A DNA stretch of 27,309 nucleotides from a virus (taxonomy: Duplodnaviria > Caudoviricetes): positions 1 through 27,309 of IMG/VR virus record IMGVR_UViG_3300020045_004931; one strand, written 5' to 3'. The translations under genes were made by a program, and so were the position numbers. Positions 1 through 8,627 of this stretch are shown here, piece after piece (position 1 is the first letter of the stretch; every line of letters begins with the position of its first letter). Under the pieces are notes generated by a model, which did not search any database, was not told where the DNA came from, and saw only the letters and a list, made by a program, of their open reading frames with translations.

Positions 1-100
1 GAACATTTGCACGTCTAATCAACTCGCAAGATGCTTGTGTCATTAATTCCGCTACTCTTTTGATGTGCAGTAGAGTATCTGCTTTGCTGTCGTATTTCAT
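1..100 (-). CDS. DUF5662-like (HD-related) phage protein, 5' part; runs off the window edge
   Basis: Manual translation from ATG at 100: MKYDSKADTLLHIKRVAELMTQASCELIRRANV... The T-x-x-H-x-x-x-V and R-A-x-x-(H-D) pattern matches the family start as I recall it. The HD itself would lie just outside the window. Confidence 0.55.
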   Translation of the reverse strand, partial: MKYDSKADTLLHIKRVAELMTQASCELIRRANV

Positions 101-101
101 T

Positions 102-266
102 TTATTGTTTTTTACTAATTACTTTCTCTTCCAACAATTTTTTCACCACATCAGCCTTAACCCAAGCATATATTTGCCCGAAGTTATTTTCTGCCATTTT
201 CAAGGCTTCTTCCATTGTTACGGGATAGCCTTTAATTTCTGATACTATTTGTTGTAGGTTTTTCAT
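102..266 (-). CDS. hypothetical protein, 54 aa (not in ORF track)
   Basis: MKNLQQIVSEIKGYPVTMEEALKMAENNFGQIYAWVKADVVKKLLEEKVISKKQ*. It fills the gap between neighbours with 1-nt spacing on each side. Confidence 0.7.
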   Translation of the reverse strand: MKNLQQIVSEIKGYPVTMEEALKMAENNFGQIYAWVKADVVKKLLEEKVISKKQ

Positions 267-267
267 A

Positions 268-1029
268 CTATACAATTTTTACATTAACCCCCTGCTCTGC
301 CATACGCTTCTCGGCTTCTTGGATTGTGATAGTTTCGATGATGGTAGCCCAGATTCCATTTTCAAAAACAACATTGTTTTTATCCTGTGGACTTCTGCCT
401 TGAAAAAGTTGATTAGTTATCATATTGAAATGATAGTTATTTTTGACTTTGTGAGTTCTTTCTGGAAGTAGCAAACAACTGTAGTTTCCGTTATTGTACC
501 CTATCTTCTTCGCCTCCCCAATCAAAGCAGATTCAACTTCTTGCGGGGTGGCTTCCTGAATGTTTTCTGGGTCTGCTCCAAATGCGATATTACCTAACCA
601 TTCTTCTTCAAAAAATCCAACATATTTGTTTTCTAATTTTAACACCAAATACTTACATCCCGTTAAGTTTTGTTTATACCACTTCCCAACAACCAACTCC
701 TTTTTAAAAACCTCTGGAAACCAATCTTCTAATTGTGTTTTTGTCAAATCGTGCCCGTGATGATGTAATGACAAAACCTGCTCCTTTGTAATCTCGTATT
801 TAGGCGTTTTGTAGGTTAGGATTTTTGCGTAGCCTTGCTCCTTACCCCATAAACACACGCTTTCTCCGTTGTAAAAATCAGGATGTAAGTCAATCCATAC
901 GCAATTTGCAAACCAATGAAAATCCCTTACTATGTGCTCTGTAATTTTTAGAGATTTATTCGTTTCTAAACACTCCACAATTTCCGCATCCTTAAATTTT
1001 TCCTTAACCTCTTCTAATGTTGGTTTCAT
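268..1029 (-). CDS. hypothetical phage protein, 253 aa
   Basis: Long ORF with AATTATG start context and an ATGA overlap with the upstream small ORF. No recognised motif. Confidence 0.8.
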   Translation of the reverse strand: MKPTLEEVKEKFKDAEIVECLETNKSLKITEHIVRDFHWFANCVWIDLHPDFYNGESVCLWGKEQGYAKILTYKTPKYEITKEQVLSLHHHGHDLTKTQLEDWFPEVFKKELVVGKWYKQNLTGCKYLVLKLENKYVGFFEEEWLGNIAFGADPENIQEATPQEVESALIGEAKKIGYNNGNYSCLLLPERTHKVKNNYHFNMITNQLFQGRSPQDKNNVVFENGIWATIIETITIQEAEKRMAEQGVNVKIV

Positions 1030-1151
1030 AATTTCTCTTCTTTTTTTAGTTGTTCAATTGTTCTTTGTTTTGCGTATTCCCTGACTTCTTTTACAAGCGA
1101 TGGGTGTAAAGACACGGTTACTTTTATTGTATTTACTTTTTTTCTTCCCAT
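1026..1151 (-). CDS. small basic protein, possible ribbon-helix-helix DNA-binding protein, 41 aa (not in ORF track)
   Basis: MGRKKVNTIKVTVSLHPSLVKEVREYAKQRTIEQLKKEEKL*. An alternating beta-strand (IKVTVSL) is followed by an amphipathic helix. TGA overlaps the next ATG. Confidence 0.6.
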   Translation of the reverse strand: MGRKKVNTIKVTVSLHPSLVKEVREYAKQRTIEQLKKEEKL

Positions 1152-1153
1152 TG

Positions 1154-1645
1154 TTATTTAATTTTTTGACGTAAATCAGAAATATTCAAAGCGATTGCCG
1201 TTGTAGTTTTATTCGGCAATAATAAAAATGCTTCTGGGAAATTTTCTTCAACTCTTTTATAAGTTCTTAAACCGAATAGTGCTATTTCAAGTTCAGAAAA
1301 CAGCTTGTTATATCCTGCTTTTTTGTCGTTTATTTTGTTCAAATAAGTCATTAGTATTTTGGCATCTTTTTCATTTGGAGAAAAACAACTTCTTTTTGAA
1401 GGCATTGGGAATTGTAAATTAATGTATTGATAACTAAAACCATTTCCCGTAACCTGCATTTGCCTTCTTGCTTCGAAATAATCAGGATGTTTTGAAAATA
1501 AATCCAATACTTCTTTTGGCAATTCTTTTGAGTATATTTCTGTAAATTTTACAGTCAATTCATCTTTCAAAGATTTAATTTCTAAAGATTGTTTCTTAAG
1601 TAATTTTGCGGCTACTTCTGTTGCAATTGCTTTTGTAATGTTCAT
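1154..1645 (-). CDS. Nmad5-like (nucleotide modification associated domain 5) protein
   Basis: The N-terminus MNITKAIA and the C-terminal LRTYKRVEENFPEAFLLLP resemble the T-x-K-x-L-x-E-x-(W/F)PEA signature of Nmad5 proteins. Confidence 0.65.
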   Translation of the reverse strand: MNITKAIATEVAAKLLKKQSLEIKSLKDELTVKFTEIYSKELPKEVLDLFSKHPDYFEARRQMQVTGNGFSYQYINLQFPMPSKRSCFSPNEKDAKILMTYLNKINDKKAGYNKLFSELEIALFGLRTYKRVEENFPEAFLLLPNKTTTAIALNISDLRQKIK

Positions 1646-1676
1646 AATTTCTATATTTTTTTAAAGTTTATAATGG

Positions 1677-1684
1677 CAAATATA
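1677..1684 (-). promoter_or_regulatory. Bacteroidota sigma -7 box (TATATTTG) for the Nmad5 operon
   Basis: Matches TAnnTTTG. Lies in the intergenic gap just downstream of a terminator and 31 nt upstream of the ATG at 1645. Confidence 0.6.
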
Positions 1685-1717
1685 AGCATTCTTTTTAATA
1701 TAATAATACTTTTAAAC

Positions 1718-1747
1718 AAAAAAAACACCCCCGATTATGAGAGTGTT
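1718..1747 (-). terminator. intrinsic terminator ending the tail operon
   Basis: Minus strand reads AACACTCTC-ATAATC-GGGGGTGTT followed by a T run. The G:U pairs make it strand-specific. Confidence 0.75.
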
Positions 1748-1770
1748 GCTTATTTGGAATTGGAATGAAT

Positions 1771-2496
1771 CTACGGAAGTATGTATTCGATGTAAATATA
1801 ATTGTTTAATGCAGGTACTTTTGTAATTGACAAGGTAGTTCCTGTTTGCGACCATAAATTAACTAATGATGAGTTATTTGCAGTTGCTTTATATTGCTTT
1901 GTATGTGTTAAAATAACATCCGTAACCACACCGTTTACTGGTATTTGAAAATCCTGTTGACCAACTACAAAACCAGCAGTTACACCAATTACACCATCTA
2001 TGATATAGGGTGCGGTTATTGGCGGTATGCTAGGAATCAGATTAATTATATCCTGTAACGCTCTAAATACAGCATCTTCACTAGGAACGGTTTGCGTATA
2101 ATTTGAACGAATATTTTGAGTTATTCCAGCTAAAGCCACGTCGATAGGTATTTCAACTACTAAACTCCAATAAGTACCGTTAGAAGTAAGTGCATTCAAT
2201 TCTTCTGTAGTAGTAATATTTAAGCCACCGCCAACATTCTGAAACGTTCCTTTACCTACTAAAATCCATTCATTGGTAGTGGTTGCGGGTAACGTAGAAC
2301 CACTTGCAACTGTAGTGGGATTAAATGCCAAACTAGAAGAAGTGCCTATGTAATTAGCGATTAAATCGGCTAATTGCTGTATAGTGCCTTGCTTTAATTC
2401 TGTACCTATTTCATGAGGAATATTATCGGTTAAATTAAAATCAGCCGATGGTAAATCGCCTACTTTTACTGTTGTGATTGTATTTGGATCTATCAT
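1771..2496 (-). CDS. tail fibre/baseplate-associated structural protein (paralogue A)
   Basis: Last gene of the tail module. T/G/N/V-rich composition. Its N-terminal ~46 aa are shared with 2493..3077. Confidence 0.6.
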   Translation of the reverse strand: MIDPNTITTVKVGDLPSADFNLTDNIPHEIGTELKQGTIQQLADLIANYIGTSSSLAFNPTTVASGSTLPATTTNEWILVGKGTFQNVGGGLNITTTEELNALTSNGTYWSLVVEIPIDVALAGITQNIRSNYTQTVPSEDAVFRALQDIINLIPSIPPITAPYIIDGVIGVTAGFVVGQQDFQIPVNGVVTDVILTHTKQYKATANNSSLVNLWSQTGTTLSITKVPALNNYIYIEYILP

Positions 2497-3077
2497 GGTA
2501 ATTTCATAATCATTAGTATAACCATCGATGGTTGTATGTTTTTTCCAACTCCTGATACACCAGAATTGTCTGTATATGGAACTCCTAAAGAGTCGGTTTC
2601 TATTTCCTTACCGATATATCGTGCGTTTGTTGTTCCGCTTCCTGAACTTCCTGACTGATCGCCGATTTTGTGGCTATGCTCAACGACTACTGCATCTGCA
2701 CTTCCGACAAATTGACCTACTGTTGCGTAATTTGCACCAAAACCTATTAAAGTTTGACCGTCTAGATTGTCAGTTCCGTTGTTTCCGTTAAATATCGCCC
2801 ATCCTTCCCATAGACCACCTACAATGCCAAGTCCTTGTGTTGCGCCTGGCGTCATGTCAAAATTATCAGTAATATATTGAGCATCTGGAGCGCGAATATA
2901 TTTGACTTCATAAGGATAGCTTACCGACTGACTTCTTATAAAATCAACCAATTCCTGAATAGTCGACCTTGATAAAGTGTTACCTACTTCGTGAGGAAAG
3001 TTGTCGGTTAATGAAATCGGATTAGGTGGTAAATCTTTTACCTGTACCGTATTTATTAAAGCTGGATTTATAGACAT
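2493..3077 (-). CDS. short tail fibre with tail-collar-like domain (paralogue B)
   Basis: GWAIFNGNNGTDNLDG (collar-like GW..(C)NG.NGT.nL.G), an HSH metal-binding motif, and a C-terminal NIQPSMVILMIMK typical of collar/short-fibre proteins. Confidence 0.65.
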   Translation of the reverse strand: MSINPALINTVQVKDLPPNPISLTDNFPHEVGNTLSRSTIQELVDFIRSQSVSYPYEVKYIRAPDAQYITDNFDMTPGATQGLGIVGGLWEGWAIFNGNNGTDNLDGQTLIGFGANYATVGQFVGSADAVVVEHSHKIGDQSGSSGSGTTNARYIGKEIETDSLGVPYTDNSGVSGVGKNIQPSMVILMIMKLP

Positions 3078-3080
3078 ATT

Positions 3081-3596
3081 TTAAATTTTTCCTGTTCTTA
3101 ATAATTCATTTCCACTTGCATTTGTTTGAATGACTGTATTAGGGTCTCCGTTGTTTAATAAAACCGTACCTAAACTAGTTGTAAAAGGTATTCCATAGCC
3201 TTGTAAACTTCCCGAAAAACTCATAAATTCCCCAACATTTTCAGCTGATTCTATAGTGGTAATATGAGCAAAACCATAGTCAACAACTGGATATTTAGAA
3301 CCTTGTAACTTCCATTCTAAAAGCAATTTATTTCTTTTTAAAGTAACTAATTTGTCATAGCTAGCTATTCCAAAATTACCACCTACAACGGTCGTATTTA
3401 GTTGTAAACCAGAAAAAGAAACGGAATAGCTTTGAACTAAAGGCTTTTGAGTTTTCCAACCCTTATTATCTCTAGTTGTCGTGTCAATCATTTCTACATC
3501 TTCGGTAATACCGTTTCCAGTCAAACATCCAACAGGCATGTAAACACCGTTGTATTTTATGTATAAAATCCGATCTTCTCCGTTTATGAAATCCAT
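3081..3596 (-). CDS. second (minor) tail tube-like protein
   Basis: Aligns by eye with 8628..9068: I.GE..ILYI, Y.PV.CLT.N, SYS, AS.D.L, WK, YG...IT, EF.SFS....G.G. It has an extra ~35-aa C-terminal extension. Confidence 0.75.
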   Translation of the reverse strand: MDFINGEDRILYIKYNGVYMPVGCLTGNGITEDVEMIDTTTRDNKGWKTQKPLVQSYSVSFSGLQLNTTVVGGNFGIASYDKLVTLKRNKLLLEWKLQGSKYPVVDYGFAHITTIESAENVGEFMSFSGSLQGYGIPFTTSLGTVLLNNGDPNTVIQTNASGNELLRTGKI

Positions 3597-3600
3597 ATTT

Positions 3601-3608
3601 CAAAGGTA
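3601..3608 (-). promoter_or_regulatory. -7 box TACCTTTG, 4 nt before the ATG at 3596
   Basis: Matches TAnnTTTG in a 20-nt intergenic gap. Confidence 0.5.
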
Positions 3609-3616
3609 ATAAAAAA

Positions 3617-5608
3617 TTATGAAGTAATTGTTGGTTTTACCGTTTTGCCATAATCGAAAGTCAACAGATATTTTAAATCTGGCAACTCATTGGTAAAAAA
3701 CTGTTGAAGTTTTCCTGTTGTGATATTATTTTCAGTGTCATAAAAATATTCAGTAAACATAAATTTTCCAACAATATTATTTATTTCTATCACAGATAAA
3801 TAAGGAATGTATCCGTAAAAATCTCCTGAAAATACTTTAGCCGTCTTTTGCTGAATTCGCATATCATCTTCGGCTGAAATTCGCAACAGTAATTTTTCTT
3901 CCACAAAATTTTTACGCTTCCAAAGTGTTGTCAATGTTGTCTTATCGCTTTTGTAAATAGCACCTTCAAAAACATCTCCGATAGAATCTCCATTATAAAC
4001 TTCTTGATTTTCTTTTACAATTGAACTTGGTGCAACCTCTCTCGATACGGTGTGAAATTCGCCTATTTTTCCACTTTCAGTATTAGTAATATCAACAACG
4101 TCAATAAATGTTATTTCAGATTCCGCAAAAAGTTCTTGTGGAGTTCCAAAACTTCTACCTCCTCCGTAGTAATAATCATTGAAAGGCTGACCGATTATAA
4201 CTTCAATAGTCGAATCATCAGGCATCGGAGCTGCCTTAAATTCGAAATCTAGATTAGATACTATATTATTTTGATTCAAATTTAATCCTAATTTTTCTCC
4301 ACAAAAAGTACCGAAATAATTATCTAAATTTTGCCAAGTACCATCTGGTTGCAAAAATAAACCACTATTTGTTTTTATTTTAAAAGGAAAAAAGCAATGA
4401 CCGTTAAAACTAGTTAATTTTGTTCTTAATGAAAAAACAACATTCTTTGCTATATTTATAGGATTTGAACGTAAAACTTCTAAAAAATCGTAATCAAAAG
4501 TAGTTGTTGTTACATTTGTAGAAAAAGGAATGTACCATATTTTGTATAAATGATTTCTCATTGTCAATCCTGACAAATCTCCATTTCTGTTTATTACTAT
4601 ATTTTGAGGTAGTAAAAGTGAATAATCGTAAAAATATTCATTGGTTTGCGAACCAGTTCTAACTCCTGTAAATCTTTTGTTAGGTAGAACAGGATTTTTA
4701 ATCCAATCTTCAAATAAAAGATTTACATCGTGGTTTAGGTTTGGATTAGCAAATAAACCAGCTTTAAAACCATATTTGTAATTCAAACGATAAGCCGAAA
4801 CAGCTCCTTTGGTTGTTATTTGTTGATTTCCGCTACTGTGATGAGGGTAGAAATTATCAATTTCAGAGCCTACTTTTAAGTACAAATTTTTTACAAAAGA
4901 CGTATTTAGCGTGTTATTTATAAACTCTACAGTTTTTTCAACAAAATTATTCGGTCTATAGATCCACCAGTAGCCGTCTTGTTGAGTAATGCAAGCCGAA
5001 AGTAAGTTTAAAACCGAATTTAAAACCTCTTCACAACTCATAATTGTATCATCGTCAATTTTAAAAAATCTATCTGAATTTACATAGGTGTCTTTTAAAA
5101 TATTGTTGCCTGTATAGTCTAAATAATAAACATCAATTGACGAATTTATATCTAATAAAACTCCTGTTCTATTTAAACACGCTTCAATCACTTCGTACAT
5201 CGACATTTTGCCAGTAAAATTGAATCCGTTGCTTCGAACGAAAGACAAATCTTTCAAAGCTCCTAGACCGTCTATAAAATCCAAATTAACCAACCAAACA
5301 TCACGCACAAATGATTGTGTTATTCCGTCAGGTTTTAAAAATCCGTTAAAAAATACTTTACCGTTTTTATAAGCAATAGCCGTGAATGTTTTTTCGTCTG
5401 CATCTGAAAACTCTTCAAAAGTCAACAAAGGATTAGCTTCTAATTGCAAACTCAATCCTGTACCTCTAATTGTATCTAAAATATTGTCAACGCTTCCTTT
5501 TTCAAAGCCGATTTCTCCTCTAATTTCAGTAGATATTCCAGTGAAATTAACATCAAATATCCTAACGATGTAGCCCGTAGCGTCATTTTGTATAAAATAC
5601 TTTTCCAT
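3617..5608 (-). CDS. tail tip/hub (baseplate) protein, 663 aa
   Basis: Immediately follows the tape measure gene. The F.GFL.PD, DGLGAL and Q..G.WWI.R pattern is typical of Bacteroidota siphophage hub proteins. Confidence 0.65.
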   Translation of the reverse strand: MEKYFIQNDATGYIVRIFDVNFTGISTEIRGEIGFEKGSVDNILDTIRGTGLSLQLEANPLLTFEEFSDADEKTFTAIAYKNGKVFFNGFLKPDGITQSFVRDVWLVNLDFIDGLGALKDLSFVRSNGFNFTGKMSMYEVIEACLNRTGVLLDINSSIDVYYLDYTGNNILKDTYVNSDRFFKIDDDTIMSCEEVLNSVLNLLSACITQQDGYWWIYRPNNFVEKTVEFINNTLNTSFVKNLYLKVGSEIDNFYPHHSSGNQQITTKGAVSAYRLNYKYGFKAGLFANPNLNHDVNLLFEDWIKNPVLPNKRFTGVRTGSQTNEYFYDYSLLLPQNIVINRNGDLSGLTMRNHLYKIWYIPFSTNVTTTTFDYDFLEVLRSNPINIAKNVVFSLRTKLTSFNGHCFFPFKIKTNSGLFLQPDGTWQNLDNYFGTFCGEKLGLNLNQNNIVSNLDFEFKAAPMPDDSTIEVIIGQPFNDYYYGGGRSFGTPQELFAESEITFIDVVDITNTESGKIGEFHTVSREVAPSSIVKENQEVYNGDSIGDVFEGAIYKSDKTTLTTLWKRKNFVEEKLLLRISAEDDMRIQQKTAKVFSGDFYGYIPYLSVIEINNIVGKFMFTEYFYDTENNITTGKLQQFFTNELPDLKYLLTFDYGKTVKPTITS

Positions 5609-7401
5609 TAGCTTCTCCCTCCTATTCTTAAATTTCTAGCTGTTGTGTTGTTCAAAACGCCTATTAATGAAGTTCCTGCTATTTCAAATACTACAGTTCC
5701 TCCTGTAGTTGATGATCCAGAACCGAAACCTGCGGATACTGATGGAGAAGAGTAAGATGCGCCTGTAGAAGTAGAGCCGCCTCCAGCTCCTTTACTCGCT
5801 CTTGAAGAAATTGCTGCTCCTGCTGCAGATAATAAAACACCTACTGCTATAGCTGCTACCCCTGCGCCTATAGCAACGGGACCACCTGCTAATATTGCTA
5901 AATCTAATTTTCCCTTAACAACCGCTAGTGTTCCGTATTGAATTAGTAATTTACCCATATCAGATAAAAACGCGCCTAAAGAACCTAATAAAGCGTTTCC
6001 GATAGCCCCTATAACGCTAGTTCCGTTTGCTAAAGCATTACCTATTGCGTCTCCAAGTCCAGAAAATGTAGAAGCTATTGAATTAGTTATAATCGCATTT
6101 GCATCTTCATTGAATTTCATTAAAGCAGCTAAAGCACCTTGTCCGCTAGTATCGAATGCTACTCTAATTTCGCCCATACTGGCTGTTATAACACCAGGCA
6201 AAGACTTCATTTTATTTCCAAACTGGTCAACTTGACCATTTACCACAGCTAATTGACTTAAATCAGCTAGTCCAGTAGATTGAATCTCGCTAGTAGCTTG
6301 TAAGTTTTTAGGCTGAAATTCAGCAGCTTTTACCGCTTTTACTGCTTTTGCTTTTTCTTTTAAAAGCAAAATGCTGTCTTTGGTCGCTTGTGCTTCTCGG
6401 TCTGAGTATTTTTTAGAAGAAGCGTCTAGTTCTTTTATTTCTTTTACTATATTCTTATACTCATCTGTAGCAGCTTTTAAGTCAAAAACTGCTCCTGCAT
6501 TATAAATTGACTTGTCTTTTGCAGTATCAGATTGAGCTTTTTGAATATTCAAAATAGCCAACTGTCTTTTTTCTTCTAACTCCAACCGCTTCGCAGCTAA
6601 CTCGCCTAATTTACCAGCTATCGCAGTAGCTCTAGCACGTGCAATTAATGCCTTTGAAACCTCTTCAACGGCTGTTTTTACATTTCCGTTAAGTATTTGC
6701 TCTTTGGTTAAATTACCAAAATAAGCGGGATATTCATCTTGTAGTTTCTTAACTGCCAAAAGCCGTTTTTCCATTGACAAATTATTGTCTTTGGCTGTTT
6801 CAGTTAATGCTTTTAATCCTGCTATTTCGCTTCCTGCTGATTTTGCAACTTCTTGGTTTATGTCCGACAAGGCTTTTGCGGTTTCGTCGAACCGACCTGT
6901 TAATTTAGCAAAAACATCGCCAACAGTAATACCGTTCTGACTCATATAAGTAAGCCCAGTCGTAACTAATGAAACGGCTAATAAAATACCTCCAGAGCCA
7001 ACCAAAGAACCTGCTAAAGCTTTTAAAGCGCCCCCTGTTGATCCAGTAGAGTTTTTTAAATGACCAAATGCCTCAACGGTTGCTGTAATATTGTTACCAA
7101 TACCCATGATTCCAAAAGGAGCATCTTGAGCAATTCTTGAGAATTGCATCAAAGCATTAGAACCGTTAGCTACTTTAGGAGCCATCCCGCCAATAGCATT
7201 GCCAGTATCTTTAGAAACTGTTTTAAGTTCGGTAAGAGATTTTTTTACAGAAGCTATATTTCCGTTAATTTCTTTAGTATCTAAACCAAGCTTGATTTTT
7301 TCAAGCTTTATTTTAGATAGTTCTTTTAGGTTTAATTCAGCCTCTTGAATCTTTTTGTTCAAATCTGAAATATCCCCGTCTATTTGTATTTCTAAAGCCA
7401 T
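5608..7401 (-). CDS. tail tape measure protein, 597 aa
   Basis: Follows the tail chaperones. Ala/Gly/Leu/Lys-rich and helical, with hydrophobic segments and a QDAPFG.MGIGNNI motif. Confidence 0.8.
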   Translation of the reverse strand: MALEIQIDGDISDLNKKIQEAELNLKELSKIKLEKIKLGLDTKEINGNIASVKKSLTELKTVSKDTGNAIGGMAPKVANGSNALMQFSRIAQDAPFGIMGIGNNITATVEAFGHLKNSTGSTGGALKALAGSLVGSGGILLAVSLVTTGLTYMSQNGITVGDVFAKLTGRFDETAKALSDINQEVAKSAGSEIAGLKALTETAKDNNLSMEKRLLAVKKLQDEYPAYFGNLTKEQILNGNVKTAVEEVSKALIARARATAIAGKLGELAAKRLELEEKRQLAILNIQKAQSDTAKDKSIYNAGAVFDLKAATDEYKNIVKEIKELDASSKKYSDREAQATKDSILLLKEKAKAVKAVKAAEFQPKNLQATSEIQSTGLADLSQLAVVNGQVDQFGNKMKSLPGVITASMGEIRVAFDTSGQGALAALMKFNEDANAIITNSIASTFSGLGDAIGNALANGTSVIGAIGNALLGSLGAFLSDMGKLLIQYGTLAVVKGKLDLAILAGGPVAIGAGVAAIAVGVLLSAAGAAISSRASKGAGGGSTSTGASYSSPSVSAGFGSGSSTTGGTVVFEIAGTSLIGVLNNTTARNLRIGGRS

Positions 7402-7646
7402 TATTTGATTTGTTTTTGATATTCAGCCACTGCTTCTAAAAATCTTTGTTTGTGAGCTTCTGAAATTCCTCCAGTATGTTTTTTGTCAATACTCAAAGGC
7501 ATAAATTGTTCTAACGAAGGCATTTTTGTCTTTCTATGAAAAGATGCCTTTTCTATATGCCAAGCCAAAACTCTAATTTTTTCCCACTCCCTATCTTGGC
7601 ATCTTTTCCAAGCGAAAAGGCGAATTTGAAACTCTGCAAAACTCAT
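7401..7646 (-). CDS. tail assembly chaperone, C-terminal (gpT-like) frame; open upstream to ~7745
   Basis: In the -1 frame relative to 7718..8059 and stop-free back to the A9 run (…KSDSNEKIDFHKDVISFAIGELGISSLKRVYD-MSFAEF…). Confidence 0.75.
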   Translation of the reverse strand: MSFAEFQIRLFAWKRCQDREWEKIRVLAWHIEKASFHRKTKMPSLEQFMPLSIDKKHTGGISEAHKQRFLEAVAEYQKQIK

Positions 7647-7717
7647 GTCATAAACACGTTTTAAGCTAGAAATTCCAAGTTCGCCAATTGCAAAAGAAAT
7701 TACGTCTTTATGAAAAT

Positions 7718-8059
7718 CTATTTTTTCGTTGCTGTCACTTTTTTTTTATTTTCCTCAATAGGCACTCCTTGGAAGATTGAGTTATGAAAAGCTAATTGAA
7801 AATCATTCCAAAATTCTCCACCAATACCCCCATTTTCATCTACTAAATCATAAATGTCGTCTAACGTGAAGTCGACTACATTTCCTTTTCTTTCGCACGC
7901 ATATTTACGGGCGTGAAACATTAACAAAGGAACTTCTTTGTAAGCTAAAGACGGGTCTTTTCCTATTTCGTTAAAATTCATTACTTCGCTGATACTCATT
8001 AAAAAAGCCAATCCTAAATGGAATTCAATACCTACTAAAGTTATTTTTACTTGCGCCAT
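7718..8059 (-). CDS. tail assembly chaperone (gpG-like)
   Basis: Lies between the tail tube and tape measure genes. Ends in ENKKKVTATKK over a slippery A run. Confidence 0.75.
   Translation of the reverse strand: MAQVKITLVGIEFHLGLAFLMSISEVMNFNEIGKDPSLAYKEVPLLMFHARKYACERKGNVVDFTLDDIYDLVDENGGIGGEFWNDFQLAFHNSIFQGVPIEENKKKVTATKK
7739..7747 (-). other. putative -1 programmed ribosomal frameshift site (A9)
   Basis: AAT AAA AAA AAA GTG contains the heptamer A AAA AAA. A -1 shift joins the 7401..7646 frame, and that frame has a TAA immediately before the run. Confidence 0.75.
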
Positions 8060-8063
8060 ATTT

Positions 8064-8579
8064 TTATTCTAAAATTTCAAAATAAGTTAAATACACAACA
8101 GCTGTTGTGTTTGGATTTACTGGACTTGTTGGATTTGCTGAACTGGTAAACGAAACGTTTTTGTTAAAAAAACTCGTTGCAGTGTTGCTCGGATTTCCAA
8201 GCAATAAATAAGTTGCTTGCTCTTTATTCGTTGTTCCTCCCATTTGAGACGCGAAATTAGTCAACTGGGTTGTATCTAAAAGAACTCTCCAAGTACCTGC
8301 CGATCCCCATCCATCATTGTCAACGTATTTTATGACAATGTCTTTTGGGATAAAAGCTTTTCCAGAAGTGGCTGGAAGTAAGATAATAGGTGTTGTAAAT
8401 ATATCCAACAACTCGTTATGAGTAAGAACTCTACTTAACACCTTGAATTTTACTTCTTGATCGGTATAATCAACAACCGATTTTAAATTACCGCCCACGT
8501 CTGCAGGGGAAATACTATTCGGCAAAGTTTCGTTTGTGATTTGGCTATCTATTTGAGCCTTAAGTGTGGTATTTGTCAT
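8064..8579 (-). CDS. structural protein of unknown function, possible tail decoration, 171 aa
   Basis: Sits between the major tail tube and the chaperone. T/N/S-rich, with a helical N-terminus and a beta-rich C-terminus. Confidence 0.6.
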   Translation of the reverse strand: MTNTTLKAQIDSQITNETLPNSISPADVGGNLKSVVDYTDQEVKFKVLSRVLTHNELLDIFTTPIILLPATSGKAFIPKDIVIKYVDNDGWGSAGTWRVLLDTTQLTNFASQMGGTTNKEQATYLLLGNPSNTATSFFNKNVSFTSSANPTSPVNPNTTAVVYLTYFEILE

Positions 8580-8627
8580 AATTTAAAGTCCAAATTGATT
8601 AGTAAAAACGCTTGAAAAAACTGATCC

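Noticed and set aside
1771-3077. Diversity-generating retroelement or invertible tail-fibre switch behind the duplicated fibre N-termini
   Set aside because: The similarity is diverged and protein-level. I saw no near-identical DNA repeats, inverted recombination sites, reverse transcriptase or invertase in the window.
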